Below are positions 1-12,194 of a stretch of DNA of 64,000 nt, piece after piece (position 1 is the first letter of the stretch; each line of letters begins with the position of its first letter). Position numbers and translations under genes: made by a program. The stretch is from Callorhinchus milii (lineage: Eukaryota), in the NCBI RefSeq assembly GCF_018977255.1, contig NW_024704742.1:117058001-117122000 (forward strand). Reading direction: 5' to 3'. The notes below the pieces were generated by a model. The model did not search any database. It was given only the letters and a program-made list of their open reading frames with translations, and was not told where the DNA came from.

Positions 1-286
1 ACTGAGTGGAGAGTAAATATGCTAACTGATTGTTGGAAGTAAATTTAGACGTAAATTCTCATGAATAATGTAATACACTTCGCCTGCAAAGCTCCGTGAA
101 GATTAAGAAGATCCAGCAGTCAGATCCAGCTGTGTGTTGGTATAACTGTCAGAGTTTCCCTCTAATGAGCTCTATCACTGCACCCAGCATGGAGGGAGAA
201 AACATATTAAACACAGTACACAACCAGCCTAACCGAGGTTAGACACTATTTTCATCCACACTGTGTCACACACTCTATAATATAAA

Positions 287-885
<599 letters not shown>

Positions 886-1360
886 ACGCCCATGACGCCC
901 TCTGCCTTCCCCCAGCTCTACAACATCGCCCGGCTCCGCGACTGTCGCACAGCGCAAGCCGCCAAAAACCCTCATACACGCTTTCTTTACATCGAGGCTC
1001 GACTATGCAAACTCATTGCTTGTCGGCCTCCCCAACCCCTCCCTCCACAGTCTGCAGATCATCCAGAATCCTGCAGCCTGTGTCCTCTCACGCACCAGGC
1101 TCTGTGACCCTATCATCCCAATCCTCGCCTGACTCTACTGGCTTTCTATCACATAGAGGATAGAGTTCAAGAACCTGGACCTCACCTTCAAAGCCCTCCA
1201 TGGCCTTGCTCCCCTTTACCTCTGCAACCTCCTAATCCCCTACCATCCTGCTTGCTCCCTCAGCTCAGCGGGCTCCAGCCAACTTCACGTTCCCCCCCTC
1301 GCCCACCCCACCATTGGCGGGCAAGCCTTCAGCCACTCTGCCCCCATCCTCTGGAACTCC
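886..1360 (+). mobile_element. L2 LINE fragment (C-terminal ORF region, degenerate)
   Basis: Translated segments LYNIARLR and LWNS, matching the L2 at 17030-17485. Confidence 0.9.
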
Positions 1361-1385
1361 ATATGTTGAAACGCATTTCATTTTT

Positions 1386-3095
1386 TATATTCGTATAGTG
1401 TCTTTCACGTTGAGAGGATGTCCCAAGGTGCTGGACAGACAGAGTTTCGGACCCAAGCTGGGGGTCAGGATCGGGGGAGGGTGGCAAGCAGCGGGCGGGG
1501 AAAGCAAAGTCGAAGAGGAGGGTCTTGAGATGGGTCTTGAAGGAGGCAAGGGAGGGATCGAGGTGGAGGGACTGCGGGATGGTAGGGGGTTATAAGGTCG
1601 CAGAGATAAGGGGAGCAAGACCATAGAGGGCTTTGAAGGTGAGGACCAAGATCTTCAACTGTGTCCTCTGTGTGATGGTAAGCCAGTGCGGTCGGGCGAG
1701 GATGGGGGTTATAGGGTCACGGAGCCTGGTGTAGGAGAGGACACAGAACAGGCAGGCTGACAGAACATCAGGAGACTGGGGGTCGCAAAGAGAAGTGGAA
1801 AAATAGAATTGGGTGTCATCTGCATACATGTGGAAATGTACTCCATGTCTGCGGATGACATCCCCAAGAGGGAGCATGTAGATCAGAAAGAGGAGGGGGC
1901 CAAGGATGGATCCTTGGGGTACCCCGCAGGTGAGAGTGGGAGGAGAAGCCGTTTGTGCAGATGTACTGCTGGCGGTTTGTGAGGTAGGACTCGAACCAGG
2001 CGAGTGCGGTCCCACTGAGGTGGATGACGGAGGAAAGGTGGTGGAGGAAGATGGCGTGATCGACTGTGTCGAACGAGGCGGAGAGGTCCAGGAGGACAAG
2101 GAGGCAGAGGGAGCCCTGGTCACAGATAGAGAGGATGTCGTTTGTGACTTTCACAAGCGCTGTCTCTGTACTGCGGGCAGGGCGGAAACCGGACTGGAGG
2201 GGTTTGAAGAGGGAGTGGGAGGAGAGGTGTGCAAGAAGTTGATTGGCAACAACGCATTCTAGGACTTTTGTCAGGAAGGGCAGGTTAAAAATTGGGTGGT
2301 AATAGCTGGGGTTTGAGGGATCTAGGGAAGGTTTTTTGAGGAAGTGGGTGTTGACAGCAGTTTTGAGGGGGCAGGTACTGATCTGGAAGAGAGGGACTGG
2401 TTGATGACATCAGCCAGTAGTGGGCAAAGGAGGGGGAGCTGGGTGACCAGCAAGTTGGTGGGGAGGGGATCGAGGCAGCAGGTGGTAGGTTTCATGGAGG
2501 TGATGGTGAGTGAGAGGGAAGAGGGAGAGATGGGGAGGAAGGAATGTAGGATGGGGGTGGTGATAGGAGCAGATGCTGGGGATGGTGAGGGGGACAGAGA
2601 GGGCGTGGGGGTGGGTGACAAGAGGCAGGTGGTTGAAACTGCCTGGCGGATGTTGTGAATTTTAGATGAAAAGAAGTCCATGACCTCCTCGCACTTGGTA
2701 TTTGATGTGAAGATTCAGGAGACCTGAGGAGGGGCATGGAGGAGGTAGTGGGTGGTGGAAAAAAGGATTTTAGGGTTGTGTTTAGCCTCCAAGATAATGT
2801 TGGAGTAAAACGCCGTTTTTGTGCGTGTCAAGGAACGGTGGTAGCTGTGGAATTGCTCGAGCCACAGTTGGCGGTGAACTGTCAGGTCAGTTTTCCGCCA
2901 TCTGCGCTCGAGCAGATGGGTTTGGGTTTTTAGGCGGCAGAGATGGTTGTTGTACCAGGGAGATCGGGTGGGTTTGGAGATGGTCCTGGATTTCAGGGGG
3001 ACGAGGGAGTTGAAGTTGGAGGAGAGGCGATCATGGAGCAGCTGGACGGCTGCTTCAGGATCTCCATGGGTGGAAGGCCAGAGGGATAGGATGTT
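1386..3095 (-). mobile_element. 5'-truncated L2 LINE with RT domain and an internal deletion of roughly 0.4 kb near 1745
   Basis: Translated segments MKPTTCCLDPLPT, LVLLDLSASFDTVDH, CGVPQGSILGPLLF and [11 protein letters not shown]2 3' end at 1386-1450; frameshifted. Confidence 0.95.
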
Positions 3096-3126
3096 TGATG
3101 ATGTAAATGTAATGTTGTTATTGTTG

Positions 3127-3201
3127 TTTGTCTCTGCCGGGAATCAAACCCAGGTCTCCCACTTGAAAGGCGAGTGCTCTAACCACTGAGCTACAGGACT
3201 C
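3127..3201 (-). mobile_element. SINE tRNA-like head belonging to the 287-885 copy
   Basis: Reverse complement of ggagtcctgtagctcagtggttagagcactcgc...gggtttgattcccggcag. Confidence 0.9.
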
Positions 3202-3785
3202 CTAGCAATTGGGATATTCGCAATGTAGCAACTGGAATATTTGCTTCCTGTTGGGAATGAAAGCACACCTGGGAGCTTCAACATACTGAAGTGAGAGGTA
3301 GACATTTATTTTTAAAAATAATCCCCCAAGTGAAATCAATTATTCACTTCATGACTGCGTGTGGGATATGGCTGTACGCAAATTGGCTGCCACATTCACC
3401 CACAAAATACAGTCAATCCATTTTATGGTATATCCAAATCTCTGACTGTCCAGCTCCTTTGGATGTCCTCCCAACATGAAAGACACTACACAAATTAGCA
3501 AAGTAAGGGTTATTGATCGCAATGCAGCACACCTCAAGCACTGCACTGGAGTTTCAACCTAGACTACATGAGTTCAGAGCCCTGTCATGGGGCCTGAACC
3601 CATATTTGCTTCTCAAGTGTTTGGTGAATGAACTAAGCAGAATTCCCAAAGTAGGAAAATACTGGTGAGATTTACAATTAGTTGGACATCAGCTTTATTT
3701 AAAATATTCTGAGTTTTTTTCAAAGAATGGTATATGTTGAAACACGTTTCATTTTTCAAACTCCTGTGTCATCATGCAGGTCCAA

Positions 3786-4886
3786 AACAACAACAACAAC
3801 AAGATTACATTTATATAGCGCCGTTCACGTCAGGAGGACATCCCAAGGTGCTGGACGACAGAGTTTCGGACCCGAGCTCTGGGTCGGGGTGGGGAAGGGG
3901 GGAAGCAGGGAGATCAAAAGCACAGTTGAAGAGGAGGGTCTTGAGGTGGGTCTTAAGATGGTGAGGGAGGGGACGAGATGGAGGAACCTCAGGATAGAGT
4001 TCCAGAAGGTGGGTGCAGCATGGTGGAAGGTTCGCCAGCCGATAGTGGGGCGAGCAAGGCGGGGAACCTCAGGATAGAGTTCCAGAAGTTGGGTGCAGCA
4101 TGGTGGAAGGTCCGCCCGCCGATAGTGGGGCGAGAAAGGGGGGGAACATGAAGCAGGCCAGAGCCCACTGATTCGAGGGAGCGAACAGGATGGTAGGGGT
4201 TAGAAGTTTGGAGAGTACGGGGAAGCATGACCATGGAGGGTTTTGAAGGTGAGGACAGGAATCTTGAACTGTATCCTCTGTGTGATGGGAAGCCAGTGAA
4301 GTCGGGCGAGGATGGGGGTGATAGTGTCATGGAGCCTGGTGCAGGAGAGGACATGAGCTACAGAGTTCTGGATGATCTGCAGCCTGTGGAGGGAGGAGTT
4401 GGGGAGGCTGACAAGGAGTGAGTTTGCATAGTCGAGCCTTAAAGTAATGAAGGCATATATGAGGGATTCGGCGGCCCGTGGTGTGAGACAGTGGTGGAGC
4501 CGGGCGACGTTGCGGAGGTGGAGAAAGGCAGAGCGGGTCAGGGCGTGAATGTGGGGTAGAAAGGATAGTTGAGTGTTGAACAAGGTTCTGGACTGGCTTA
4601 GCAAGGTTGAGTGTGTAACCATGGATGGTGATGTTGTCAGCGCCTGAGGTGAGGAGGCGCTGACTGGAGCCAATCAGGAGAGCCTTGGACTTGTTGACAT
4701 TCAACTGAAGAAAGTTAGCTCTCATCCAGGACTTGATGTCAAGGGTGGAGGCAGAGAAGTAGAGTTGGGTGTCATCCGCATACATGTGGAAGTTGACCCC
4801 ATGTCTGCGGATGATGTCACCAAGGAGGAGCATATAGATATTGAAGAGGAGGAGATCAAGGACAGAGCCCTGAGGAACACCACATG
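3786..4886 (-). mobile_element. 5'-truncated L2 LINE with (TTG)n tail and an internal 80-bp tandem duplication
   Basis: [28 protein letters not shown] and LHWLPITQRIQFK; (CAA)n at 3786-3802. Confidence 0.95.
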
Positions 4887-5376
4887 AGAAAAAAGGGTTC
4901 AAAATCCCCTTGAAATTATTCTGATGAAATATTTAGTATTCTCTTGTTGAAGTATTTAGTTTTGGACTCTCCGTAAGTACAAATGGAAATAATAGACACG
5001 AGATAATATACACCACCTTTGTGATGGGTAATTTGTTCAATGTTTATCATTCAATGTTACTTTAACACCAATAGATCACTGAGGTGCAAATTACATGTTT
5101 ACTTACAACAAAGGTCAAGAATGATTACATTATGCTGTACTTCTCGTGACGATTCATGCTGGAGTCCACTAGACTGGAGAACTTTCATTCCCTGCAGTAC
5201 AATTGCAGATTAAGCCTTTGCTCATATATAGTCCCATAAAACTTCTCAGGCGGTCAAATGAACTGGCCAAAACGTATTAAAGGACATTTTATTATAATGA
5301 TAATAATCCTAGCATTTGATCTAGCGCCTTATTGTGTGTTCAGAATGTCACAAAACTCTTCATAGGATATTACTGT

Positions 5377-5611
5377 AACAACAACAACAACAACAACAAG
5401 ATTCCATTTATAAAGCGCCTTTCACGTCAGGAGGACGTCCCAAGGCGCTGCACAGTTGGGTCATGACCCGAGCAGGGGGAAATGGTCAGGGTGAGGGGAG
5501 GGAAGGGAGGGAGCGAGGAGGGGGAAGAGAGTTGAGAGGGGAGCTGAAGGCACGGTCAAAGAGAAAGGTCTTGAGACCGGCCTTGAAGGAGGAGAGGGAG
5601 GAGGCAAGGCA
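5377..5611 (-). mobile_element. L2 3' end, same young subfamily as the 14.15-17.72 kb element
   Basis: C-terminus LASSLSSFKAGLKTFLFDRAFSSPL(N/D)SLPPPRSLPSLPSP is nearly identical between the two; (CAA)n tail. Confidence 0.95.
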
Positions 5612-6819
5612 GTATTTGTAGGCGATTATTATTGTACAGCAGTCACATTCTTCCAGAGCATTAAAATCTGACTGGAATCCAGTCGTAGATAGCAGGTCTC
5701 TGTAATGCACTTACATGTTCCTCAGCCCCCTGTATGAGAGAGTGATTCAGAGCAGAAACTATGAACCAGGCTTCCTGCTGGAAGTGATAACAAATTGCTT
5801 TCAGCAATAAACTAGGTATTAGAATAACCAAAGTACATGATTTTATTCTCCAAAGGCACAAATAAAAAGTGAATATGAAAGTGTGCCTAACTTATCCTGC
5901 CAGAAAGACTGGTAGTTTAATACATTTCCTGCGGCACAGCTTAAAGTGGTCCAATAGTTATTTATAAAGGCAGCTTGTACCACTCTGAGCTGCTAATGAT
6001 ACTGCATTAACACCTCTGTGGTGAGATGACAGAAATCCTTCACCAACCTAATGTGAATTTGTACCAAAGTTTGATTTTTTTAAATTCTGATGATTAATAT
6101 TTACAGTTAGGACAAAATGTTCTTCTTAAAATGATCACTGTCTTAGTGAAAGTGGAATCTGAGATATTATAGCAGGTTCTACTCACAATTGAAAATCTTC
6201 CTTGTTGCATCAAGTTGCTTACAGATGCACTAGAGGTGCTAATGATATACGATAACCATGTTGATGGTTTCTCTGTGTGTTTCAGACACCTGTCTGACCA
6301 AACAAAATGTAAGCACGCTAATACTGTGGTTTTCCTCTTGCAATATACTGCAGTACTATCCAATTCCACCTAAGTATATTTATATTAAACAACTAGGCAT
6401 TTATATAGCATCTTCCAATGTAAAAAAAAATTCTCAAAGTGATTAAAGTGAACTATCTTGCATTTGGAAAGCGCACGATCCTTTCATTCTGAAATCTACC
6501 TGTAATCTAACAGATTAATGGAATGAAAGACTTTTTTCTCCATTCGCTGTTATCAGTATGTCAAATTATCTTGACCAGTTTCAGTTCTGTGGGTATAGGC
6601 CCATAGCACAAAACTGTGCACAACTCATCTCAAATTGACATCAAGCTGACAGTCTTTGTTGGTTGGTGTAAATACTGCAAAAACATCTTCATCAAAGGGT
6701 GAGCCCTCCGAGTTGGGAAGAAAAGGTGTATCCTAACAGTAGTTCAATGGGACACATGCATGGCCAAATTGCAACTATTGCATTCCACAGCAGTGATTTT
6801 CTTCACCTTGAAGACAAGG

Positions 6820-7048
6820 GACTCCATCCCACAGACCCTATACCTTGCTCCCTCTCTTACCTCCTTCAAGGCTCGACTCAAGACCTTCCTCTTCAATCGC
6901 ACCTCAGGTTACCCTCCTACCTCCAGTCTCCCTGCTGTCCACCCCTCCTGATCCCAACCCCCAGTTCAGGTGCACATCCTTGACTGTTCAATGTTTTGGG
7001 CGTGCTCTGGATGTGAAAGGTTGTTATACAAATTTATTTTGTTGTTGT
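6820..7048 (+). mobile_element. L2 3' fragment
   Basis: LAPSLTSFKARLKTFLF followed by the 3' UTR and a ttgttgttg tail. Confidence 0.85.
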
Positions 7049-8679
7049 AAAAATGTTATTTGTTCCGTTGTCAACTCTGTTGTCAATTCCATAAACAGTA
7101 GAACGCTATTTACAAAATTAAACCCAGAAAGCTCCACTTGCTTTGCATACAATTAGGGTACATTGTTTTTTCTTGCCATAAACATATAATGATAAAATAA
7201 TTTTTTTTGTGGAGTCTTATCACATCACATTAAATCTAAGTGCTTCACAAGTAATTGCTGTCAACTTTAGTGACTGTTTTTCTAGGTATATCTATCAGCC
7301 CTATGTGTCATCAAAGCACCAAGATCTGAAACTGGATTCTCCACCAAATGAACGATCAATTGAAACTGGAAGATTGCCCAGGACACCAGGAGAACTTTCC
7401 TTCTCTTTTTGAATACAGTGATGGGATCTTTAAAATTCACCTGACGAATAGGCAGATGGGGCTTTGGTTTAACGTCTCATCCTAATGGCAGCCTATTGTG
7501 GTAACATTATAATATTATTAGGTATTACTAGGAATTGAACACACTACTTCAAAGAAAGGCCTTTCTTTGAAACAAAGTCCTTCTCCCTTGCTCCAAACCT
7601 ACCACTTTGTTTCTACAAATATCACCTTTGATGACAACGGTGATATTTGCAGAAAAGTAGATTTAGCAATTATTTGTATATTCACCTTCTTCGCAACAGA
7701 GGATGAGAACAAGAAGCTAGCAACACTAGTGAGCAAAGGGAATTTGGGACTAACCTATTATAGCATCATTTAGTGAGCTAGCAAAGAGGTTTCGCTAACA
7801 GAAGCCACAAAATCATGTCCACTTTTTCATTAGTGTGTGTTGAACGGCTAATATTCTTGTGCTGGATTATGTGTATCATGACCAGGAGCTTCTTATCCAG
7901 CACTGGATTGTGAAAGTACTGGACTCTGTCAACTTAAGCATTCAGTAGACAAATGTTGAAATAGTTAATATACATTAGCGAGATTGGCTGGCATTTCTCC
8001 TCTAAACGACTGGTTGCTGACCTGTGAAACCTAACTTGGCAAAGCACTGTACATAACAATAAGATTTTGCATTTTATCACAAATAGCTTGTGTTGCATTG
8101 GGGTTAATTTAGCCACACATAAAATAGCAATATATTTGCTAACATATTTCATATCAAATGTACCCAGATGTTCAGGAGATGAACTCCTCCCCTTCCTGGT
8201 GCTGTACTCTCAATGGCTGGTGTTACACATGATTTGTGCCAGCCATGAAACCAGGTATTAGACGTCCCACTTGCACTATCACAATGTATTAAATTCCTCA
8301 ATAACACCTAGACTGCACCTATCGTGACCTCCTCTTCCTCCTTCTCCCTTGCTCAGCATCCAAACCTGCCACCGTGCAACACTCAGAGATGCTATCCTGC
8401 ATAAAGGCACTATAAAGTGCAAGTTGTGCATGATAGAGATCACATCTTGTTGACTTTACTACACAAAAAACACAAAAATGTAGAATTTGTGAGACAGAAA
8501 ACCCATGATTCTGGACACTGCTTCATGGACATCAGCATGGATAATAATGTATGTAGAAGTGCGCATCTGGATACATTTGATATGATCAATATCTAATATA
8601 CCACAAAATTGGTTCCATTATGTGCAAGACATACAGGTTGATGTGCATTTAATCATACCAGTAATTTACAACCTTATTT

Positions 8680-9140
8680 GGATGCGCTTTCGTCTCTAAG
8701 TTAGAAGTTTGTGGGATCAAGCTCCATGTCAGGACTTCAAACTCATATAGTCTAAGCTAACACTCCAATGTAGTACTGGTGGTGTGCTGCATTGTTCCGA
8801 GTGCCATCATTGTTAAACGAGATGGGAAGAGACTTTAAACCGAGGTCTTGTCTACTGATTCAGGTGGTCGTCCTCCTGACGTGAAAGGTGCTATACTAAT
8901 GTAATTTTGTTGTTGTTGCTAAAGATCCCATGAACAATTTGAAAAGAGAAGGGAGTTTCTCCCAGTGTCCTGGTCAACAATCCCTCAAATAAAATTGGTT
9001 ACTCACTTCATGTCTGTTTGTGGAACATTGCTGCACAAAAATTAGCTGACGCATTCACCTAAAAATACAATCTCTACACTTAAGAGTAAATCGTGTGAGT
9101 GTTTTGACATGAAAGGCACTATATCAAATGCAAGGATTGT
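8680..9140 (+). mobile_element. Old Deu-domain SINE with a short L2 3' stub inserted at about 8869-8918
   Basis: Deu-type motifs gtgctgcattgt...ttaaaccgagg...aaagatcccatg...gggagtttctcccagtgtcctgg...tgtttgtggaacattgctg, then the SINE tail. Confidence 0.75.
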
Positions 9141-9189
9141 TAATATTTATCTGTTACTTTTTGGCATTATATTGTGTACAAGCAGGTAC

Positions 9190-9990
9190 ATTCTACCTTT
9201 TGGCGATGTCATCTGCAGACGTGGGGTGAACTTTCACATGTTTGCGGATGACCACACAAATCTACTTCTTCTCCAGCTGCGACTCCTAGTCCACTGATGT
9301 CCTATCAGCTTTTTTGATGGATATCAAGGCCTGGATGAGAGAAAAATTTTGTGCAGCTGAATGAATTCTCTCCTGTGGGTCTGAACTCCTCAACCTCCCC
9401 AGGCTCTCCCTCAGATGCTCCGAACCAGTGCGCAACTTAGGTGTCAGGTTCGATCCCCAGCATTTCGTTCTACCACACATCTGTTCCCTGATCAGGAACA
9501 CTTTTTTCTACTTCCACTACATTGCCTGCCTCCAAACGCACCTCACAATGGATGCAGCTGAAATGCCTTTGTCACTTCCCGGTTGGACTATTCCAATGCC
9601 ATCCTCACTGATCTCCCCAGTTCCACCATACATAAAATCCAATTAATTCAAAACCCCCCAGCCCAGATACTCACTCGCACGAAACTCAGTACCCCCATTA
9701 CACTCATCCTTGCCAGGCTCTACTGGCCTCCCATTTTCTGAATGGATCGATTTCAAGATTCTCTCATTCATTTACAAATCACTTAATTCCCTTGCACCTC
9801 CCTACCTCTCCCTCAATACCTCTGCCTTACCCCCTTCCTCTGCACCTCCAAATCTCACCTAAAGACCTTCCTTTTTGATTATGCTGACGGTCACCTCCCC
9901 CTTCCCTCTCCCCCTGGCTTGGTGTCAGATAGTTAAGCGCTCCAGGATGATACCCAGCGTGAAGGGTGCTATATAAATGCAAGTTGTTGT
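9190..9990 (+). mobile_element. Older, degenerate L2 fragment
   Basis: LPFGDVICRRGVNFHMFADD and RNLGVRFD; ends in tataaatgcaagttgttg. Confidence 0.88.
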
Positions 9991-10367
9991 ATATAACTTA
10001 ATAGGTAAGTAATTTATGGTGATAATTTTGAATCCTGACAAGCACGGCTCGTGATTCTCAATTAATTATAGCTTTTTTCAAATTGGATTCATTGATCCAA
10101 ATTTAATGTGAGAAAAGCCCATATTTCTGACTAGTAGCACTTGTGAAAAATTGGCAGATCTATCTTAAGATTTCTGTAAAATTCATGAAAGTGAAATAGG
10201 TTTGTGCTGTATTTGTGTCATCCACGATACCAAACGGAAACAAGTTATTAAAAAAGGCAACATTTGGCAGCTAGACATCAAATTTGCATTAAAAATAATT
10301 TACATCAAGGTAGATTTACATTGAGCACGGTTCAAATGATGATAAAAAATCCCTTGCTTGTAACGAT

Positions 10368-10650
10368 TCAGCCCCTTTTTGTGCAATTTTGCATTAACCA
10401 TTTTCTTGTTCTAACAAAACTAAAGCACTGTGATGCCTCATTTACTTTCTTGATAGAACATATTGCTTTGGCAGTGCATGAAAAATCCATTGCCCTGGCC
10501 TGTATTACTGCGTCTTGTGTCTGCACACATTTTCTCTTCCTTATGCAGGATACCCATATCTATTAGCAGCTGAGTGCTTGCTCTTGTTGATGGAAATGGA
10601 GGTGGATTTGATTTTCCTCCCCTTCCCTAGTCTATTCATCATTCTCTGGC
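10368..10650 (-). pseudogene. Possible decayed pogo/Tigger (CENP-B-type HTH) transposase fragment
   Basis: Manual minus-strand translation across one frameshift: RLGKGRKIKS / FHQQEQALSC**IWVSCIRKRKCVQTQDAVIQARAMDF...FVRTRKWLMQNCTKRG*. This follows the GRK..E.AL..W...R......IQ..A...F...W....KR.G pattern. Confidence 0.45.
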
Positions 10651-10864
10651 GAGGGGGGAGGGTAGGCTCCACAGCAGCTTGTATCATTGCTGCTTCTTGC
10701 TGGGCTGATATCTCTTGCGGGGTGAGATGTATGATTATAGCTGCATTATTCACGTGTTGGGGTGTTCTACCTCCTTCAGGCAGCTTGCTTCCAAGTCCAT
10801 TGAGAACCAACAAAACTCATCACCAATGCAGCTGATAACTCCGAACCTGGAACCATAGCCCAGT

Positions 10865-11085
10865 GTAAATACAACACAGTATCAATTTATATTTATACTG
10901 TGCCTTTTACGTCAGGAGGACGTGCCAAGGCGCTGGACAGTCAGAGTTCCGGACCCGAGCTGGGGGTTGGGATCGGAGCGGGTGGAGGGCAGGGGGGAAA
11001 GCAGGGTGATCGAAAGCACAGTCGAAGAGGAGGGTCTTGAGATGCGACTTGAATAAGGCAAGGAAGGGGGGAGGTGGAGGGCTCG
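10865..11085 (-). mobile_element. L2 3' fragment
   Basis: FKSHLKTLLFDCAF plus the L2 3' UTR. Confidence 0.88.
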
Positions 11086-12194
11086 CTGGGTAATTATATA
11101 TACCCCCCCTTCTATACATGCAAGCGTGCATACACAGAGGCTGTGGCTACTCCCAAACACCGGCTGCTGCCAGGCCCCTGGTTTGAATCCCAGGTAGTCA
11201 CTCACCGGCTCCAAGATGCTGCACAAGTCAAACTTTTATCTGGAGCTTTCACTCTCACTCTCTCTTACTCTGTGTCTCAAACATACCCTCACATATATAA
11301 ATGGATACACACAACCAAGCACAAACCTCCCCCTTAAAAATGACTTCACTCACTCTCCAGGACTCTCTCTCTCTCTCACACACACACATAGGCACAGTAA
11401 ATCAATCACTCACTCTTTTCCCCTTCCAACCGACCCTTCACGGTTAGGGGGGGAAGTAGGCAGTGTTTGGTGGTGGGGTGGGGTGGGGGGGCGCGGAGGC
11501 GAAGGAGGGAGACACATGCACATGAAATGTCATATGAAAAAAATTAAGCAGTTTGACCATTACCAACATGAAAAACTAGGCTGAATGGCCTTCCACTGTG
11601 TTGTACATTTTTATGGTTCTGTGGTGAGGCACAATGACAGGATAAATACAATAATAAATAAAATAAATAATAAATAAAAGGATAAGACTCAGTGAGCGAA
11701 GGAGTTTTGTGTTCAAACAAGTTTTGTTTGGCACAATGGAATAGTGTTAGCGATATGTTTAATTTCACCTTGTTTGACTTCTTAATGTTCAGTGGAACGA
11801 ATGTTATGTTCAATTTCCCAGTGAGAGTAATTAAGCACGATGAGACAGCAGCTGATCTTGTAAGTGTTATGACATAATATTAAGTTGAACCGTGGGCTCA
11901 GAGAATTAATAGGACATCAACAGTGTATCATAAGATGAAAATATATTAACACTATTGTCTAATTTGCACTATTTCTTAATAGAATCCCATTAAAATGGAG
12001 TTCCCATAGGTTGGTGAGACTTATGTATGATTATGAAGTATTCATTTGCCTGATTTGTATTTCTTCTTGAGGAATCGCTTTATTAAATAATTCAAATTGA
12101 ATCCCACAAATATATGAACAGAAAATATTTGGAAATATAATGTAGGAATATTTAATTGAGTAGCAGTAATGGGCACATACTGTCAATACTTGCA

